Source of the DNA: Candidatus Poseidoniales archaeon
GTDB taxonomy: Archaea; Thermoplasmatota; Poseidoniia; Poseidoniales; Thalassarchaeaceae
Direction of reading: 5' to 3'
Length of the DNA stretch: 64,000 nucleotides
Assembly: GCA_012960975.1 (NCBI GenBank)
Contig: DUAE01000055.1
Span: 107,828 to 171,827 of the forward strand
Shown: one piece after another, positions 1 to 9,744 of the stretch
How positions within the stretch are numbered: position 1 is the first letter of the stretch
Layout of the letters: the number at the start of each line of letters is the position of its first letter
Notes under the pieces: model-generated
The model's input: the letters and a program-made list of their open reading frames with translations, nothing else
Told to the model about the DNA's origin: nothing
The model's database searches: none
Translations under genes and position numbers: made by a program

Positions 1-513
1 ATGCATTCCTGCTTTAGCTAATTTCTTCAGAACATTCAATGTAGGCAAATTACAAACTTCTGCAATTCCTTCAATTTCAATTGGAGAAAAACAATCTAAA
101 GCAATACTTGGATGATTATCTCTTAAATATTTAATTAGGTCTAAATACCAATCTAATGAAAGTTCAGGATTAACTCCCCCTTGCATCAATATTCTTGTGC
201 CACCAATTTTTTCTAACTCAGAAATTCTAGTTGATATTTCTTCATATGATTGAGTGTAGGCGTCTTTGTGCCCCGGGGGCCTATAGAAAGAACAAAATTG
301 GCAATTTATTGTACAGGCATTAGTATAATTGATATTTCGATCAACCAAATAAGTAATTTTATTCTCTGGGTTGATTAATTTCCTAACCTCCAATGAGGTA
401 TACATTAAATCGTTTAAATCACATTTATCGTATAGCAATGTGGCCTCATCCACACTTAATCTATATCGATAATTCAAAAGTTTATTCTCTAAAATTCGAG
501 ACACAACAGACAA
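1..513 (-). CDS. Radical SAM enzyme, MqnC/MqnE/CofH-like; partial, C-terminus runs off the window
   Basis: My own minus-strand translation. It is absent from the ORF track because there is no stop inside the window. Sequence: ...RLSVDEATLLYDKCDLNDLMYTSLEVRKLINPENKITYLVDRNINYTNACTINCQFCSFYRPPGHKDAYTQSYE... The CxxxCxxC cluster motif sits in the NxNYTNxC context typical of futalosine-pathway and FO-synthase radical SAM enzymes. An in-frame stop at 529-531 bounds the N-terminus. The start is uncertain (TTG 513, GTG 504 or ATG 405). Confidence 0.6.
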   Translation of the reverse strand, partial: MSVVSRILENKLLNYRYRLSVDEATLLYDKCDLNDLMYTSLEVRKLINPENKITYLVDRNINYTNACTINCQFCSFYRPPGHKDAYTQSYEEISTRISELEKIGGTRILMQGGVNPELSLDWYLDLIKYLRDNHPSIALDCFSPIEIEGIAEVCNLPTLNVLKKLAKAGMH

Positions 514-524
514 AAATATACCCC

Positions 525-1820
525 TTAATTACCAACAATATTTTCAATTTCTTCGAGGGTTTTTGGACAGTTTTTCGTTAATACGACAGGACCCGTTTTT
601 GTAATCAATATATCATCTTCTATTCGAACAGCAATTTTAGAATATTTTTGGGGGAAAGTAACATCACTTCGCCATGAACCAAAGTATAATCCTGGTTCGA
701 CAGTTAGCACCATTCCAGCCTGTAATTCAGGCCCAGGGTCAGTACCACGACCCCCGCCAACATCATGAACATCGAGGCCTAGAAAATGCCCTGCACCATG
801 CATGAAGAATTTTCTGAATTCGCCATCACGATTCTTACCTATCGCTTCCTCGAATGAACAATTTAGAATTCCTAGATCTATCAGGCCACGAGCAATCACA
901 TCAGATGCCGCCTCATGCATTGATTCCCACGAATTTCCTATTTGACAGGCTGCAATTGTCGCTTCTTGAGCATTGAGGACAAGATCATAAATTTCCTTCT
1001 GAGGTTCAGTGAATTTTCCATTAACAGGCCAAGTTCTAGTTATATCTGAAGCATAGCCCTCAATTTCACATCCAGCATCGACTAAAACCAAATCCCCATC
1101 TTCAATAAGACAATTATTTTGTGTATAATGCAGAATTGTTCCATTGTCACCACCACCAACAATCGAAGGATAACTCCATTGACTTCCCTTGGAAATAAAA
1201 TACCCTTCAATTACTGCCTGTAATTCGAATTCATTTATGCCACTATATGATGCTTGCATTGCTAAAACATGAGCATTAGATGCCAATTCGGCTGATTGTT
1301 TCATCATATTTATTTCTAAATTGGATTTATATACTCTCATTTCATCCAAAATTGATGAGGGATCAGTTGTAGAAATCGTCAATGTTCGATTAATTAAATT
1401 ATCAACTTCGCTAGATAAATTTTGGATTAGATGTACTTGCTTACAATCCTCGAGAAATCCTTCTAATTTTGGAATCAAATCGTTAAGAGAATAAGCTTCA
1501 TCAATTGGCCATTCTGACACTGCTCTTTCAGTACCAATACGTCTACCCTCCCAAATCTCCATCGTTACATCTTTCGGTTGAATAAAAAGAGAAGTCATCC
1601 AATTCCCATCAATATATTGAGCTGTTAATACAGCTCCTTCGGAATTCCATCCAGAAAGATACATTTGGTAAGAATTGGCTCGGTATGGATAATGTACATC
1701 ATTAGATCTAATCGCCGATGGATTTGCAGGAATTATTAATAATGTATCTTTTGGGAGTTTAGAGTAAAAATTTCTTTGTCTTTGAATATACTCCGAGATA
1801 GGAAATGCTAATTTCGCCAT
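525..1820 (-). CDS. Xaa-Pro aminopeptidase (peptidase M24B)
   Basis: 431 aa. Has an N-terminal AMP_N-like region and M24 metal-ligand motifs: DAGCEIEGYASDITRT, HGAGHFLGLDVHD, VLTVEPGLYF, RIEDDILIT. Confidence 0.8.
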   Translation of the reverse strand: MAKLAFPISEYIQRQRNFYSKLPKDTLLIIPANPSAIRSNDVHYPYRANSYQMYLSGWNSEGAVLTAQYIDGNWMTSLFIQPKDVTMEIWEGRRIGTERAVSEWPIDEAYSLNDLIPKLEGFLEDCKQVHLIQNLSSEVDNLINRTLTISTTDPSSILDEMRVYKSNLEINMMKQSAELASNAHVLAMQASYSGINEFELQAVIEGYFISKGSQWSYPSIVGGGDNGTILHYTQNNCLIEDGDLVLVDAGCEIEGYASDITRTWPVNGKFTEPQKEIYDLVLNAQEATIAACQIGNSWESMHEAASDVIARGLIDLGILNCSFEEAIGKNRDGEFRKFFMHGAGHFLGLDVHDVGGGRGTDPGPELQAGMVLTVEPGLYFGSWRSDVTFPQKYSKIAVRIEDDILITKTGPVVLTKNCPKTLEEIENIVGN

Positions 1821-1882
1821 TAGGTCACCAATCTTCCGAAAATGTTTGGACTTATATTACTGTGCATTAGAGAGATTGATAA

Positions 1883-3325
1883 TTATTTTTTAACATCCCA
1901 TTTCGGAATTGATTGAGTATTTTTATTCCTATAAAATATTGAGGAAATTAAAAAGCCAATTGAAAATATCAATACTACAATTTGATATGGGAATTGTTTA
2001 GTAGCATTTGGATGAATTAATTTCACATTGATTGAATCAAACTCACCATCATCATCCATCACGTCTAATCTTAATATTAAATGGTCATTTGATGAATCTG
2101 GCCAAGTTAAAATGCGTTCACAACCCTCATAGACAGGTGTGTCATCGATAGACCAGCTACACCTTAATTTAGAAATATCATTACTTGTATCATATTCATT
2201 GGCATCTAAGTACCATTTCTCAGAATCTGTTAACTTAATTTCCATACCATCAATAATTGGTTCAGAATCAATTGTTAAATTCGCAATTGGTGGTATGTTT
2301 TCGATTGAAAAAGTTTGTTGTACAGAAACCATTAGACCGCCGGCATCAATAACCAAGAGATTCAATTGGTAAATTCCAGATTGAGATAAATCTATTGTTA
2401 AAGAATCAATTTTCAATCCTTCTGTCACCATGATATCACCATCTGAATCAGATAGAGACCAGATATAATATAGATCAAAATCTGTCCAATATGGTTCAAC
2501 GAAATCAGATGAAATCAAACCAACACCATCGGATTCTACGATATTGGACATGGACATGATGGAGCCAATTGGCACCATATTATTCATTTTAACTGGAGTA
2601 CACAATAATATTTCTAACTCATCACCCCCTTCATCAGAAATGAATAATATTAGATCATGCCATCCTTCAAGATTGGATGAAACATCAATGACATCTGAAA
2701 ATGTACCACTCGAATCAGGAAATATTACAAAATCTACTGTATCATCGAATTCTAAACAAGATTGCCCGATATTATTTATTCGATTTAGTTTTCCGTATAA
2801 TTTTTCTTGATTTTGATAAAGACTACCAACCCAACCTTCAATGAGCATTTCGTTACTAATCCAATCCGAATCGGATGGTGAATCGAGAGTTATTCCTATG
2901 TGTGGATTTACTTCATTCGCAATAAAAAATACAATAGATGAAGATGTTTCGTAATTATTGTCATTCGAGACTGTAATCGAAAAATAACATGCGCAAGATG
3001 AATAATGGGATGAATTTAATTCAACAACCCACAAATACGTACCTTGTGACGAAATAACGCCTATATCAAAATTAATATCACCACCATCAATAACCAAACC
3101 ATCCGACCGATAAATAGACCAAGCAATTTGTAAATTCAACTCTGGGGGGAGGGGAGAAACAGTGCCGGAGAATGCAAAATCCCCATCGGCAACATACCCA
3201 TTCTCATCATCAATCCCAATAGAAAGCGTTTCAAAAGGAACTGAATCTTGTGCATGAGCAGTCGAAATACCGAACAATGATAACGAAAAAAACAACACAG
3301 AAGTCATTATCACCTTGCTCCGCAT
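1883..3325 (-). CDS. Secreted acidic protein with a C-terminal membrane anchor (hypothetical surface protein)
   Basis: The ORF extends to 3382 (TTG). The ATG at 3325 gives a classic signal peptide, MRSKVIMTSVLFFSLSLFGISTAHA. The body is Asp/Ser/Ile-rich, and there is a C-terminal TM (IVVLIFSIGFLISSIFY) plus a basic tail. No catalytic motif recognised. Confidence 0.55.
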   Translation of the reverse strand: MRSKVIMTSVLFFSLSLFGISTAHAQDSVPFETLSIGIDDENGYVADGDFAFSGTVSPLPPELNLQIAWSIYRSDGLVIDGGDINFDIGVISSQGTYLWVVELNSSHYSSCACYFSITVSNDNNYETSSSIVFFIANEVNPHIGITLDSPSDSDWISNEMLIEGWVGSLYQNQEKLYGKLNRINNIGQSCLEFDDTVDFVIFPDSSGTFSDVIDVSSNLEGWHDLILFISDEGGDELEILLCTPVKMNNMVPIGSIMSMSNIVESDGVGLISSDFVEPYWTDFDLYYIWSLSDSDGDIMVTEGLKIDSLTIDLSQSGIYQLNLLVIDAGGLMVSVQQTFSIENIPPIANLTIDSEPIIDGMEIKLTDSEKWYLDANEYDTSNDISKLRCSWSIDDTPVYEGCERILTWPDSSNDHLILRLDVMDDDGEFDSINVKLIHPNATKQFPYQIVVLIFSIGFLISSIFYRNKNTQSIPKWDVKK

Positions 3326-3378
3326 ATAATAATCGAAAGACCTCGGATTATTGAACCCAATCGTTTCCTGGATATAAT

Positions 3379-4434
3379 TCAACGATCAGAGATTTGTAAT
3401 TGCCAAGATAAATCATCAAGCCAGAGACATAATTCGTTCCTATCTACAAATTCGTGGCTGGCTTCAGCGGATAAGACACAATCACACGCTGCAGAAACTA
3501 AAGCCACCGCATCAGTCATAGAATATTGATGCCCCAAAGCTGCTGCGAGCGCAGTTGCAGCAGCATCGTGTAAACCGATTTGCTGGGTAGGAGTTTGAGC
3601 ATTACATTCGTGATGTTCTACATCCCCATTGGATTGGTATAATGTCACACCGTTTACACCACCTAAAATCACCAAAGAATCCCACTCATATTCGTCGATT
3701 AAGTGCTTAGCAGTCAAGGAACTATCTTCAAGCATTAATCGTCGTCTCAATAATTCAAGCCCTCTGATTTCGAATAATACTACCGTTGCACCACGACTAC
3801 GCTCAAGGCCAGTTAATTTCGGGTCTACAATAGAAGGTATTTCATGTTCTTTAGCTGAATTAATCAAAATCTGAGCACCTTCATCAGACAAAACCCCCTT
3901 ATCATAATCAGAGATCACTAAGGCACAAGAATTTGGTATAGAAGTTAAGGCAGAATCGACTAATGAAGAGCTAATTGATTTATCTAAATCATCAAGAGGA
4001 CCTCTATCCGCTTGTAATAATATCTGTTCTTGATCTAACAAACTTTGTCGACTACCATAAAATCTTATTTTCGTTAAAGTCTTGACTCCATGGATTAATT
4101 CAATGCCTGAAATATCTATCCCATCCTCATTGAGTAGAGACTTTATTGTCTGACCTTCTGAGTCTCCACCAACGCATGAATAAAACGCAACAGATAAACC
4201 AAGTGAATGAAGTCCTCGGGCAATATGTGCTGCAGCTCCTGGTGATTCCTCTGAACTAGTAATTTTCAAAACAGGTACTGGAGCAGTAGAATTCAAATTA
4301 TTAGCGTAACCATGGTGATATCTATCCAACATTACATCGCCGATTAAAGTCACTCTAGATGATTCCATAGAATCCAAAAGGGTTCTGAGGTTTTTTAATC
4401 GATTAACTCTTTCTTGACGCTCTTCGTCTATCAT
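3379..4434 (-). CDS. PfkB-family sugar kinase, RfaE/HldE domain-I-like
   Basis: VTLIGDVMLDRYHHGYANNLNSTAPVPVLKI...SPGAAAHIARGLHSLG resembles the N-terminal motif of heptose-7-phosphate/ADP-heptose kinases. The C-terminal GLHDAAATALAAAL is anion-hole-like. The ORF runs to 4551, but that would overlap the divergent endA start, so the ATG at 4434 (MIDEERQ...) is preferred. Confidence 0.55.
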   Translation of the reverse strand: MIDEERQERVNRLKNLRTLLDSMESSRVTLIGDVMLDRYHHGYANNLNSTAPVPVLKITSSEESPGAAAHIARGLHSLGLSVAFYSCVGGDSEGQTIKSLLNEDGIDISGIELIHGVKTLTKIRFYGSRQSLLDQEQILLQADRGPLDDLDKSISSSLVDSALTSIPNSCALVISDYDKGVLSDEGAQILINSAKEHEIPSIVDPKLTGLERSRGATVVLFEIRGLELLRRRLMLEDSSLTAKHLIDEYEWDSLVILGGVNGVTLYQSNGDVEHHECNAQTPTQQIGLHDAAATALAAALGHQYSMTDAVALVSAACDCVLSAEASHEFVDRNELCLWLDDLSWQLQISDR

Positions 4435-4512
4435 ACAAAGACCGCGTGAAGCATCCCATGAATGATATTTTTGGAACCGACTAGATGAAAAAAGGAATGC
4501 TTTAGTGGGACT

Positions 4513-5520
4513 ATGGAATTCCGGGAGGGTTGTTGGAGTTATGACGGCCAAGCTGCAGATAGGCTTTGGAATAAATCAGCTTTAGGGAGGCCAAAAAAAA
4601 ACGGCATTCTGCATTTAACATCTTCAGAATTATTGTTTTGCCATAAATACCGACACATCGATTTACCATCTACTAATTGGCTAATGGAGATGCTATCTTT
4701 GGAACCAAATTTAATTGATGAGTTTTCAATATTAGAAGCATTACGTATGCCAGGTAATCGAATTGTGTTACACAATCATCTACATCAAATGAACCATTCA
4801 TTCGAAAATAGCACTTGGGGATTGAGATGGGATTCAAATAGTCATCCAAGAAATAGTGATCCTGTTTCAGAAATACGTTGGTTTCGATCATCTGACCCAT
4901 TCGACCCTGTCGAATTAATAAAATGGAGCGAAGTAGTGGGGAAGAAGAACAGAATTGCTGAAATATTAATTGTTGATGAAGAACAAGCCGTTGTAACTTA
5001 TAATTTATCTAATAAATCGCCCAAGGGGCAGTTAATTCCGCCATCACAAGAAGTACTCCAAAAATTGAATTCAATAAATAGCATTAACATTGGTGAGGGA
5101 AACCATTTCTTCAATACTACCAAAATTTGGCCAGTGGAGCAATTAGGTATCCCAATGGATGAAGGTAGATTCGTAGATTCATATTCTGTAGAATTAATTC
5201 AAAATCAAAATTCTCTTTCTTCAGGTGCAAGAATTCTATCTGACCTTTTATCTAGAGGGTTACATCCAAGACCCGGATTCAAATACGGCACTCGATGGAG
5301 ATGTTATGATCAATCAATAGGCCAAGATCACGCCCCTTGGTTGATATCGGACCCTGACGAAAGATCAATGGATTGGGGAGATGCATGTCTGACATCTAGG
5401 TTGTCGTCGGGTGTTAACAAAACATGGCTTTATCCGGTCGAAAAAAATGGGATTTGGGGGTTTCTAGCAATTACTAGACCACCTGCCAATGCAAGATGGA
5501 ATAATCCGATTAGAAAATAA
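4513..5520 (+). CDS. endA: tRNA-splicing (intron) endonuclease, two-domain type
   Basis: 335 aa. The C-terminal catalytic-domain pattern is GFKYGTRWRCYD...DHAPWLI...SGVNKTWLY (Tyr/His/Lys triad context). The N-terminal ...LHLTSSELLFCHKY... resembles the EndA N-domain. The length fits the duplicated alpha'2 euryarchaeal type. Confidence 0.65.
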   Translation: MEFREGCWSYDGQAADRLWNKSALGRPKKNGILHLTSSELLFCHKYRHIDLPSTNWLMEMLSLEPNLIDEFSILEALRMPGNRIVLHNHLHQMNHSFENSTWGLRWDSNSHPRNSDPVSEIRWFRSSDPFDPVELIKWSEVVGKKNRIAEILIVDEEQAVVTYNLSNKSPKGQLIPPSQEVLQKLNSINSINIGEGNHFFNTTKIWPVEQLGIPMDEGRFVDSYSVELIQNQNSLSSGARILSDLLSRGLHPRPGFKYGTRWRCYDQSIGQDHAPWLISDPDERSMDWGDACLTSRLSSGVNKTWLYPVEKNGIWGFLAITRPPANARWNNPIRK

Positions 5521-7524
5521 TTAATATTCTGTTTCGTCATTTGGCTGAAGTTTTTGATTGGTTTTATCTTTACCTCCACTGATAATAGAAAAAGCCAGAA
5601 GAATTGTTATCATAAAAATTCCATTAGAAGGTTCTGAAAGCCATGAAAGCATTGAATTCGAATCAAAAGATGATTCGGCTTCTAAAACAATTTGAATTCT
5701 TTGTTCTATTCCGAAATCGTCGACAAAAATTATTTCCCCTCTAGCGACCATACCTGGAACCAATAAACCATCAGGGTCAATTTCGATTGCTATTCCATCT
5801 CCTGAGGTTATTTCACCTTGAGAAAGAACAGTAGAAATTCTTGATGCAGCCCCATCTATCGTGATATCATAATTTCGAGAACCCGTTCCTGCATAATCAA
5901 GATTAACAATAATTTGAGATTTATGTTTAGAATCAATTTTCAAATTAACCTCTTTCGTAATTATTCGGTTGCCAACTCTATACCAATCTAATTCAAAATT
6001 TGTTGAGTCAGAATTTGAGCAACCCATCAATCCATTGATTTTTCCCGCTGAAGGAGAACTGCTATCGACTTCGATAATTTTTATTAAATTCAATCCTTCT
6101 GGTATAATTATTGAATCAATATAATTTAGGCTGGGAAAGGATGAAATATTGTAATTAAGATTACAGGAAATTGGGGCAATGACTTCAACAAAAGCCGACT
6201 CACCATCTAATAATTCAATCGGTGATCGTGGGGGTATCACTTTTACAGAATCAACAGATTGAGTTGGAGAGATTGTAATTACCGCACTATCAGCTGTTAT
6301 TTGAAAAACTTCGGCTACCCAATTAACTAATCTACCTCGATGATCCCTGAGTGACATCCCATTTTCATAATTAATACCTCCAAATACATCTCCAGATTGA
6401 AAAGGGTCCCCAGTACTACCACTATCTCGATTACGGATTAACGCATCATCACCATCTGCTTCGATAATAATTACCCAAGCATTTTTCGGATCGGTATTGA
6501 CTAAATTATTTCGTTCATCGCCATTATTTCTATTTTGATGCTCGACCAAAATTCCTGAGCCGGGTAAACTTGAATCAAAACCATGATTTGAACGATATGA
6601 AATATGGAAATATTCATTTTCTGAACTTTCAATTGAAAGATAATTCCCTCCATTAGATAACGGAGATAATTCAAAATCACCTCCAACATATGGATCGATA
6701 ATTATTGATCTATTCGCACCTATAATATCCAAGGTCGAAGCAATTGGTAGTGCGGGAGAATTCCCATTTCCATTCCAATTACCACTGGCCATCAATCCCC
6801 AATCACCTACGCCATTCCAAGAACGAGTGGGTAATTCACTATGAACATCATAGAGATCTAATGCCCCCATCTGATGTATCATTTCATGAGCAATAGTCCC
6901 CATTCCAGACTCAGTGGATGCAATTGTGTAATGGGAAATTGTCCACTCATCAAGTTTTATCGGCTGATCTAATTCAGAAAAATGACTCCAAATTGAATCT
7001 GTACCTCCGCCTATTTCTTGTGGATTTGCTGAATGGAGAATTAATAATCTATCAATAATTCCATCCTCATTTAAATCCCATTGTGAAAGGTCTTTGCCAG
7101 TCAATATAGATGTTACAACCTGTTTTACCAATTCACCAACTCCAGCACCATCAAGTCCGTAATCTCGTTCATCAGAACTATCTGCACCCCAAAATTTCAA
7201 TGATTCGACAGATTCCCAAGCGTCTCCAAATAATGTAGTTACAACGATTGAATTATTAGCAGAAACTTGAGAAATATAAGATTCTACAGATTCTGAGCCA
7301 GATAATTGTGACAGGGCGGCATCTTTATCGAATTCATTAGATGGAAAAGATACTTGGAGGACTAGCCAATTTTCTCTAGGTTGGATACCTACTAAAAAAT
7401 TATCTTCATTTATCGGATCCTCTGCATTTGACTCAAGCCAATCATTGACCAATGCTGGATTTAAATTCACAAATAACCCGAATAACAATAATGTGACTGC
7501 AGCAATGGCCCTCGCTGCATTCAT
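5521..7524 (-). CDS. Secreted zinc metalloprotease (M6/InhA-like HExxH) with a C-terminal TM anchor
   Basis: Signal peptide MNAARAIAAVTLLLFGLFVN. The zinc motif TIAHEMIHQMGALDLYD resembles the HExxHxxGxxDxYD of the M6 family. C-terminal TM GIFMITILLAFSIISGG. Confidence 0.5.
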   Translation of the reverse strand: MNAARAIAAVTLLLFGLFVNLNPALVNDWLESNAEDPINEDNFLVGIQPRENWLVLQVSFPSNEFDKDAALSQLSGSESVESYISQVSANNSIVVTTLFGDAWESVESLKFWGADSSDERDYGLDGAGVGELVKQVVTSILTGKDLSQWDLNEDGIIDRLLILHSANPQEIGGGTDSIWSHFSELDQPIKLDEWTISHYTIASTESGMGTIAHEMIHQMGALDLYDVHSELPTRSWNGVGDWGLMASGNWNGNGNSPALPIASTLDIIGANRSIIIDPYVGGDFELSPLSNGGNYLSIESSENEYFHISYRSNHGFDSSLPGSGILVEHQNRNNGDERNNLVNTDPKNAWVIIIEADGDDALIRNRDSGSTGDPFQSGDVFGGINYENGMSLRDHRGRLVNWVAEVFQITADSAVITISPTQSVDSVKVIPPRSPIELLDGESAFVEVIAPISCNLNYNISSFPSLNYIDSIIIPEGLNLIKIIEVDSSSPSAGKINGLMGCSNSDSTNFELDWYRVGNRIITKEVNLKIDSKHKSQIIVNLDYAGTGSRNYDITIDGAASRISTVLSQGEITSGDGIAIEIDPDGLLVPGMVARGEIIFVDDFGIEQRIQIVLEAESSFDSNSMLSWLSEPSNGIFMITILLAFSIISGGKDKTNQKLQPNDETEY

Positions 7525-7570
7525 ACTTCACGCTCATCGATACCTGCTTTCAATCCAATGCATCCATGAA

Positions 7571-8668
7571 CTACTCTTCTGAAGAAAACAGGAGAGATTT
7601 GAGCATCCCATCATCGTTAATTGTCGGATTGTCAAGCCAACTTAATCCTGAAAATTCACATTGATTCTTTTTGATCATTTCTTGCATCCTCATTGGCAAA
7701 GGTGAAGCATCACATCCGGTAATTACCAGTTGAGTTAATTTCTTTCCAATTATTAAATCGATAATTGCATTTTGTTCAAATGGATTTAAACAAATTGCAT
7801 TACACTTTGGGTTTGCTATTCCTTCAAAATTCCATGATTCTGGGATTTGGGGAGAAGAACCTTCACAAGAACAATCAATGACGCCGATTCTCTCTATATT
7901 TCCATTGAAAGAGACATTAGATACCTCAAATATTTTTGTACCAAGTAATGGGTTGGGCAATGTTGCTGAAATACGATCGGCGATAAGAATGGTGATGATA
8001 GAAATAAAAACTCTCAAACCATCATAAACCAATGGGAGAGATAGAATTAAAATTGAGGTTGAAATTAGTAATATTCGAATTCTGAATTTAGCATGGCCAT
8101 TTTCAACCAAACCAATTAACCTAGCGAATCCTAACGTTATTATCATCATGCTACCAATCAAAATTACCCAAGAAATACCTATACCAACACCTAGTATTGA
8201 CGCTGCATCATATCTTTTTCCTACGGATTCAACCAATGATGAAATTTCAAATAATTCGATCCATGATGGAATTATGTAAATCCATACTAAAATGAAAATC
8301 AAAGGAGTAATAATTGTACAGAAGAAAAGTGTTAGAGTAAACCATAAGTTTTCTTTCGTTGTCATTCCGATAACTGTAAATTTACGTAACATTATTGAAA
8401 AAAATGGCATCACAACTAAACATGCTAGTATTAAGACGAGAGAAAATCTAATACTCAGCCAATCTGAAGGAGAATAATTAGTTAAATTCAATGAATTGTG
8501 CCCGATATTGATAGAATCAAACCATAATGAAATTATATCATTGATAAAAAATGAGAGAATCATTGAAGAAATAATTACCAGAATCGCTGATTTTTGAAAG
8601 ATGGTTCTTAATTGAATGAGATGGTTTGAAAAATCGAAGTTAAATTCATTTTTAACAAGTGATGACAT
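7571..8668 (-). CDS. Polytopic membrane protein, possibly a divergent TatC, with a Cys-rich cytoplasmic C-terminal domain
   Basis: NHLIQLRTIFQKSAILVIISS resembles the TatC N-terminal HLxELRxR motif and is followed by about 6 TM helices. An extra tail of about 120 aa carries Cys pairs (IDCSCEG, KCNAIC, ITGCD, NQCEF). The ATG at 8668 lies 2 nt after the upstream stop; a TTG at 8674 is the alternative start. Confidence 0.35.
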   Translation of the reverse strand: MSSLVKNEFNFDFSNHLIQLRTIFQKSAILVIISSMILSFFINDIISLWFDSINIGHNSLNLTNYSPSDWLSIRFSLVLILACLVVMPFFSIMLRKFTVIGMTTKENLWFTLTLFFCTIITPLIFILVWIYIIPSWIELFEISSLVESVGKRYDAASILGVGIGISWVILIGSMMIITLGFARLIGLVENGHAKFRIRILLISTSILILSLPLVYDGLRVFISIITILIADRISATLPNPLLGTKIFEVSNVSFNGNIERIGVIDCSCEGSSPQIPESWNFEGIANPKCNAICLNPFEQNAIIDLIIGKKLTQLVITGCDASPLPMRMQEMIKKNQCEFSGLSWLDNPTINDDGMLKSLLFSSEE

Positions 8669-8670
8669 CT

Positions 8671-9699
8671 TCAAAGTATATCCTTGATTTCTGGATTAAC
8701 AGTGGATGATAAAACGGTTCGGTAAATTCCGTAAAAAGCCCATCCACTGACGAAAAATGTCACTCCAACAAAGAAATCAGAAACATTTCCTTCAGATAAC
8801 CACTTCACTCCAAAATAGAATGCTAATATGGCAACTACTCCTCTACGGAATCCTTGTGGATACGCTAATTCTAAAGCGAGATGCTCAGGTTTTTCACCAT
8901 ACTTTCTATCAAATATTTCTCTCTGAATAACAGCTCCTATAATTAAAAATGTTAAGCTGAACCAATAGAATAAATTCCCCTGAGAAAACACTCTTTCGGA
9001 TAACGCCTTCTGATGCACTGCTTCTATTTCAGATGCTGATTCTTCGATAACAAACAATGAATCATAATCACCGACAGAGATAGTTCGTGTAGAAAGTACA
9101 GCACCACTTTCATCTTCAGAAATTGTGCCTGGAGCAGTAATTGAAAAACTCAACAGATTCCAATAATCTCCTGCATCAGCACCACCACTACTATCCACTG
9201 AATTTCCAGCTAGATAAAAGTGAATTGAACCCACATCAGCCATTGGGGCACTCCAAGTTACGACCCAAATTCCATCCACATCCTTATCTGAGTGAGAAAT
9301 ATCATCAGTGTTACTGTCCGCATTTCGAATGTCTTCATCATCAGACCATGAAAATTGACCAAGAGAATTCGAAGATAATAGGAACCCCGCTTTTGTATTT
9401 CCTTCGCCACCAGAAAGTGTTAACGAGTCTGCAACGGTTATTGTAAAGTTGTAAGAAGAACCTACTTCATACATTACCGGGACACCAGTAATCATTACTA
9501 CTGCTTGATTTGAAGGGGATCCGGAATTATGGCAAGTACATCCATATTCAACGGTAGAATCTCCTTGATCATTTGTTCCAGGTGGCCCATTGTTGCTGGC
9601 TAATGATGAAAAAGAAAGCATTCCCACAATGAATAAAACGATTAGTGCTTGCATTACTCGGGACCGCATCCTAACACCTTCAAAACTTTGGAGAATCAT
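8671..9699 (-). CDS. Secreted Reeler-like GCTCH-motif protein with a multi-TM C-terminal region (paralog of 52233..53048)
   Basis: Signal peptide (MRSRVMQALIVLFIVGMLSF; alternative start 9669). YGCTCHNSG..VVMITGVPVMYEVGSSY..AGFLLSS..ISHSD..IWVVTWSAPMADVGSIHFYLAGNSV...DYWN aligns colinearly with the 52233 protein. There are three C-terminal TM helices. Confidence 0.6.
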   Translation of the reverse strand: MILQSFEGVRMRSRVMQALIVLFIVGMLSFSSLASNNGPPGTNDQGDSTVEYGCTCHNSGSPSNQAVVMITGVPVMYEVGSSYNFTITVADSLTLSGGEGNTKAGFLLSSNSLGQFSWSDDEDIRNADSNTDDISHSDKDVDGIWVVTWSAPMADVGSIHFYLAGNSVDSSGGADAGDYWNLLSFSITAPGTISEDESGAVLSTRTISVGDYDSLFVIEESASEIEAVHQKALSERVFSQGNLFYWFSLTFLIIGAVIQREIFDRKYGEKPEHLALELAYPQGFRRGVVAILAFYFGVKWLSEGNVSDFFVGVTFFVSGWAFYGIYRTVLSSTVNPEIKDIL

Positions 9700-9744
9700 T
9701 CATCTCATAACCATTACTCGGAACCTTTGATTAAAGTATCGAAC

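Noticed and set aside
393-581. 62-aa plus-strand ORF
   Set aside because: It lies antisense to the N-terminal coding region of the radical SAM gene and overlaps the aminopeptidase stop. The radical SAM frame has strong family motifs. This ORF has none.
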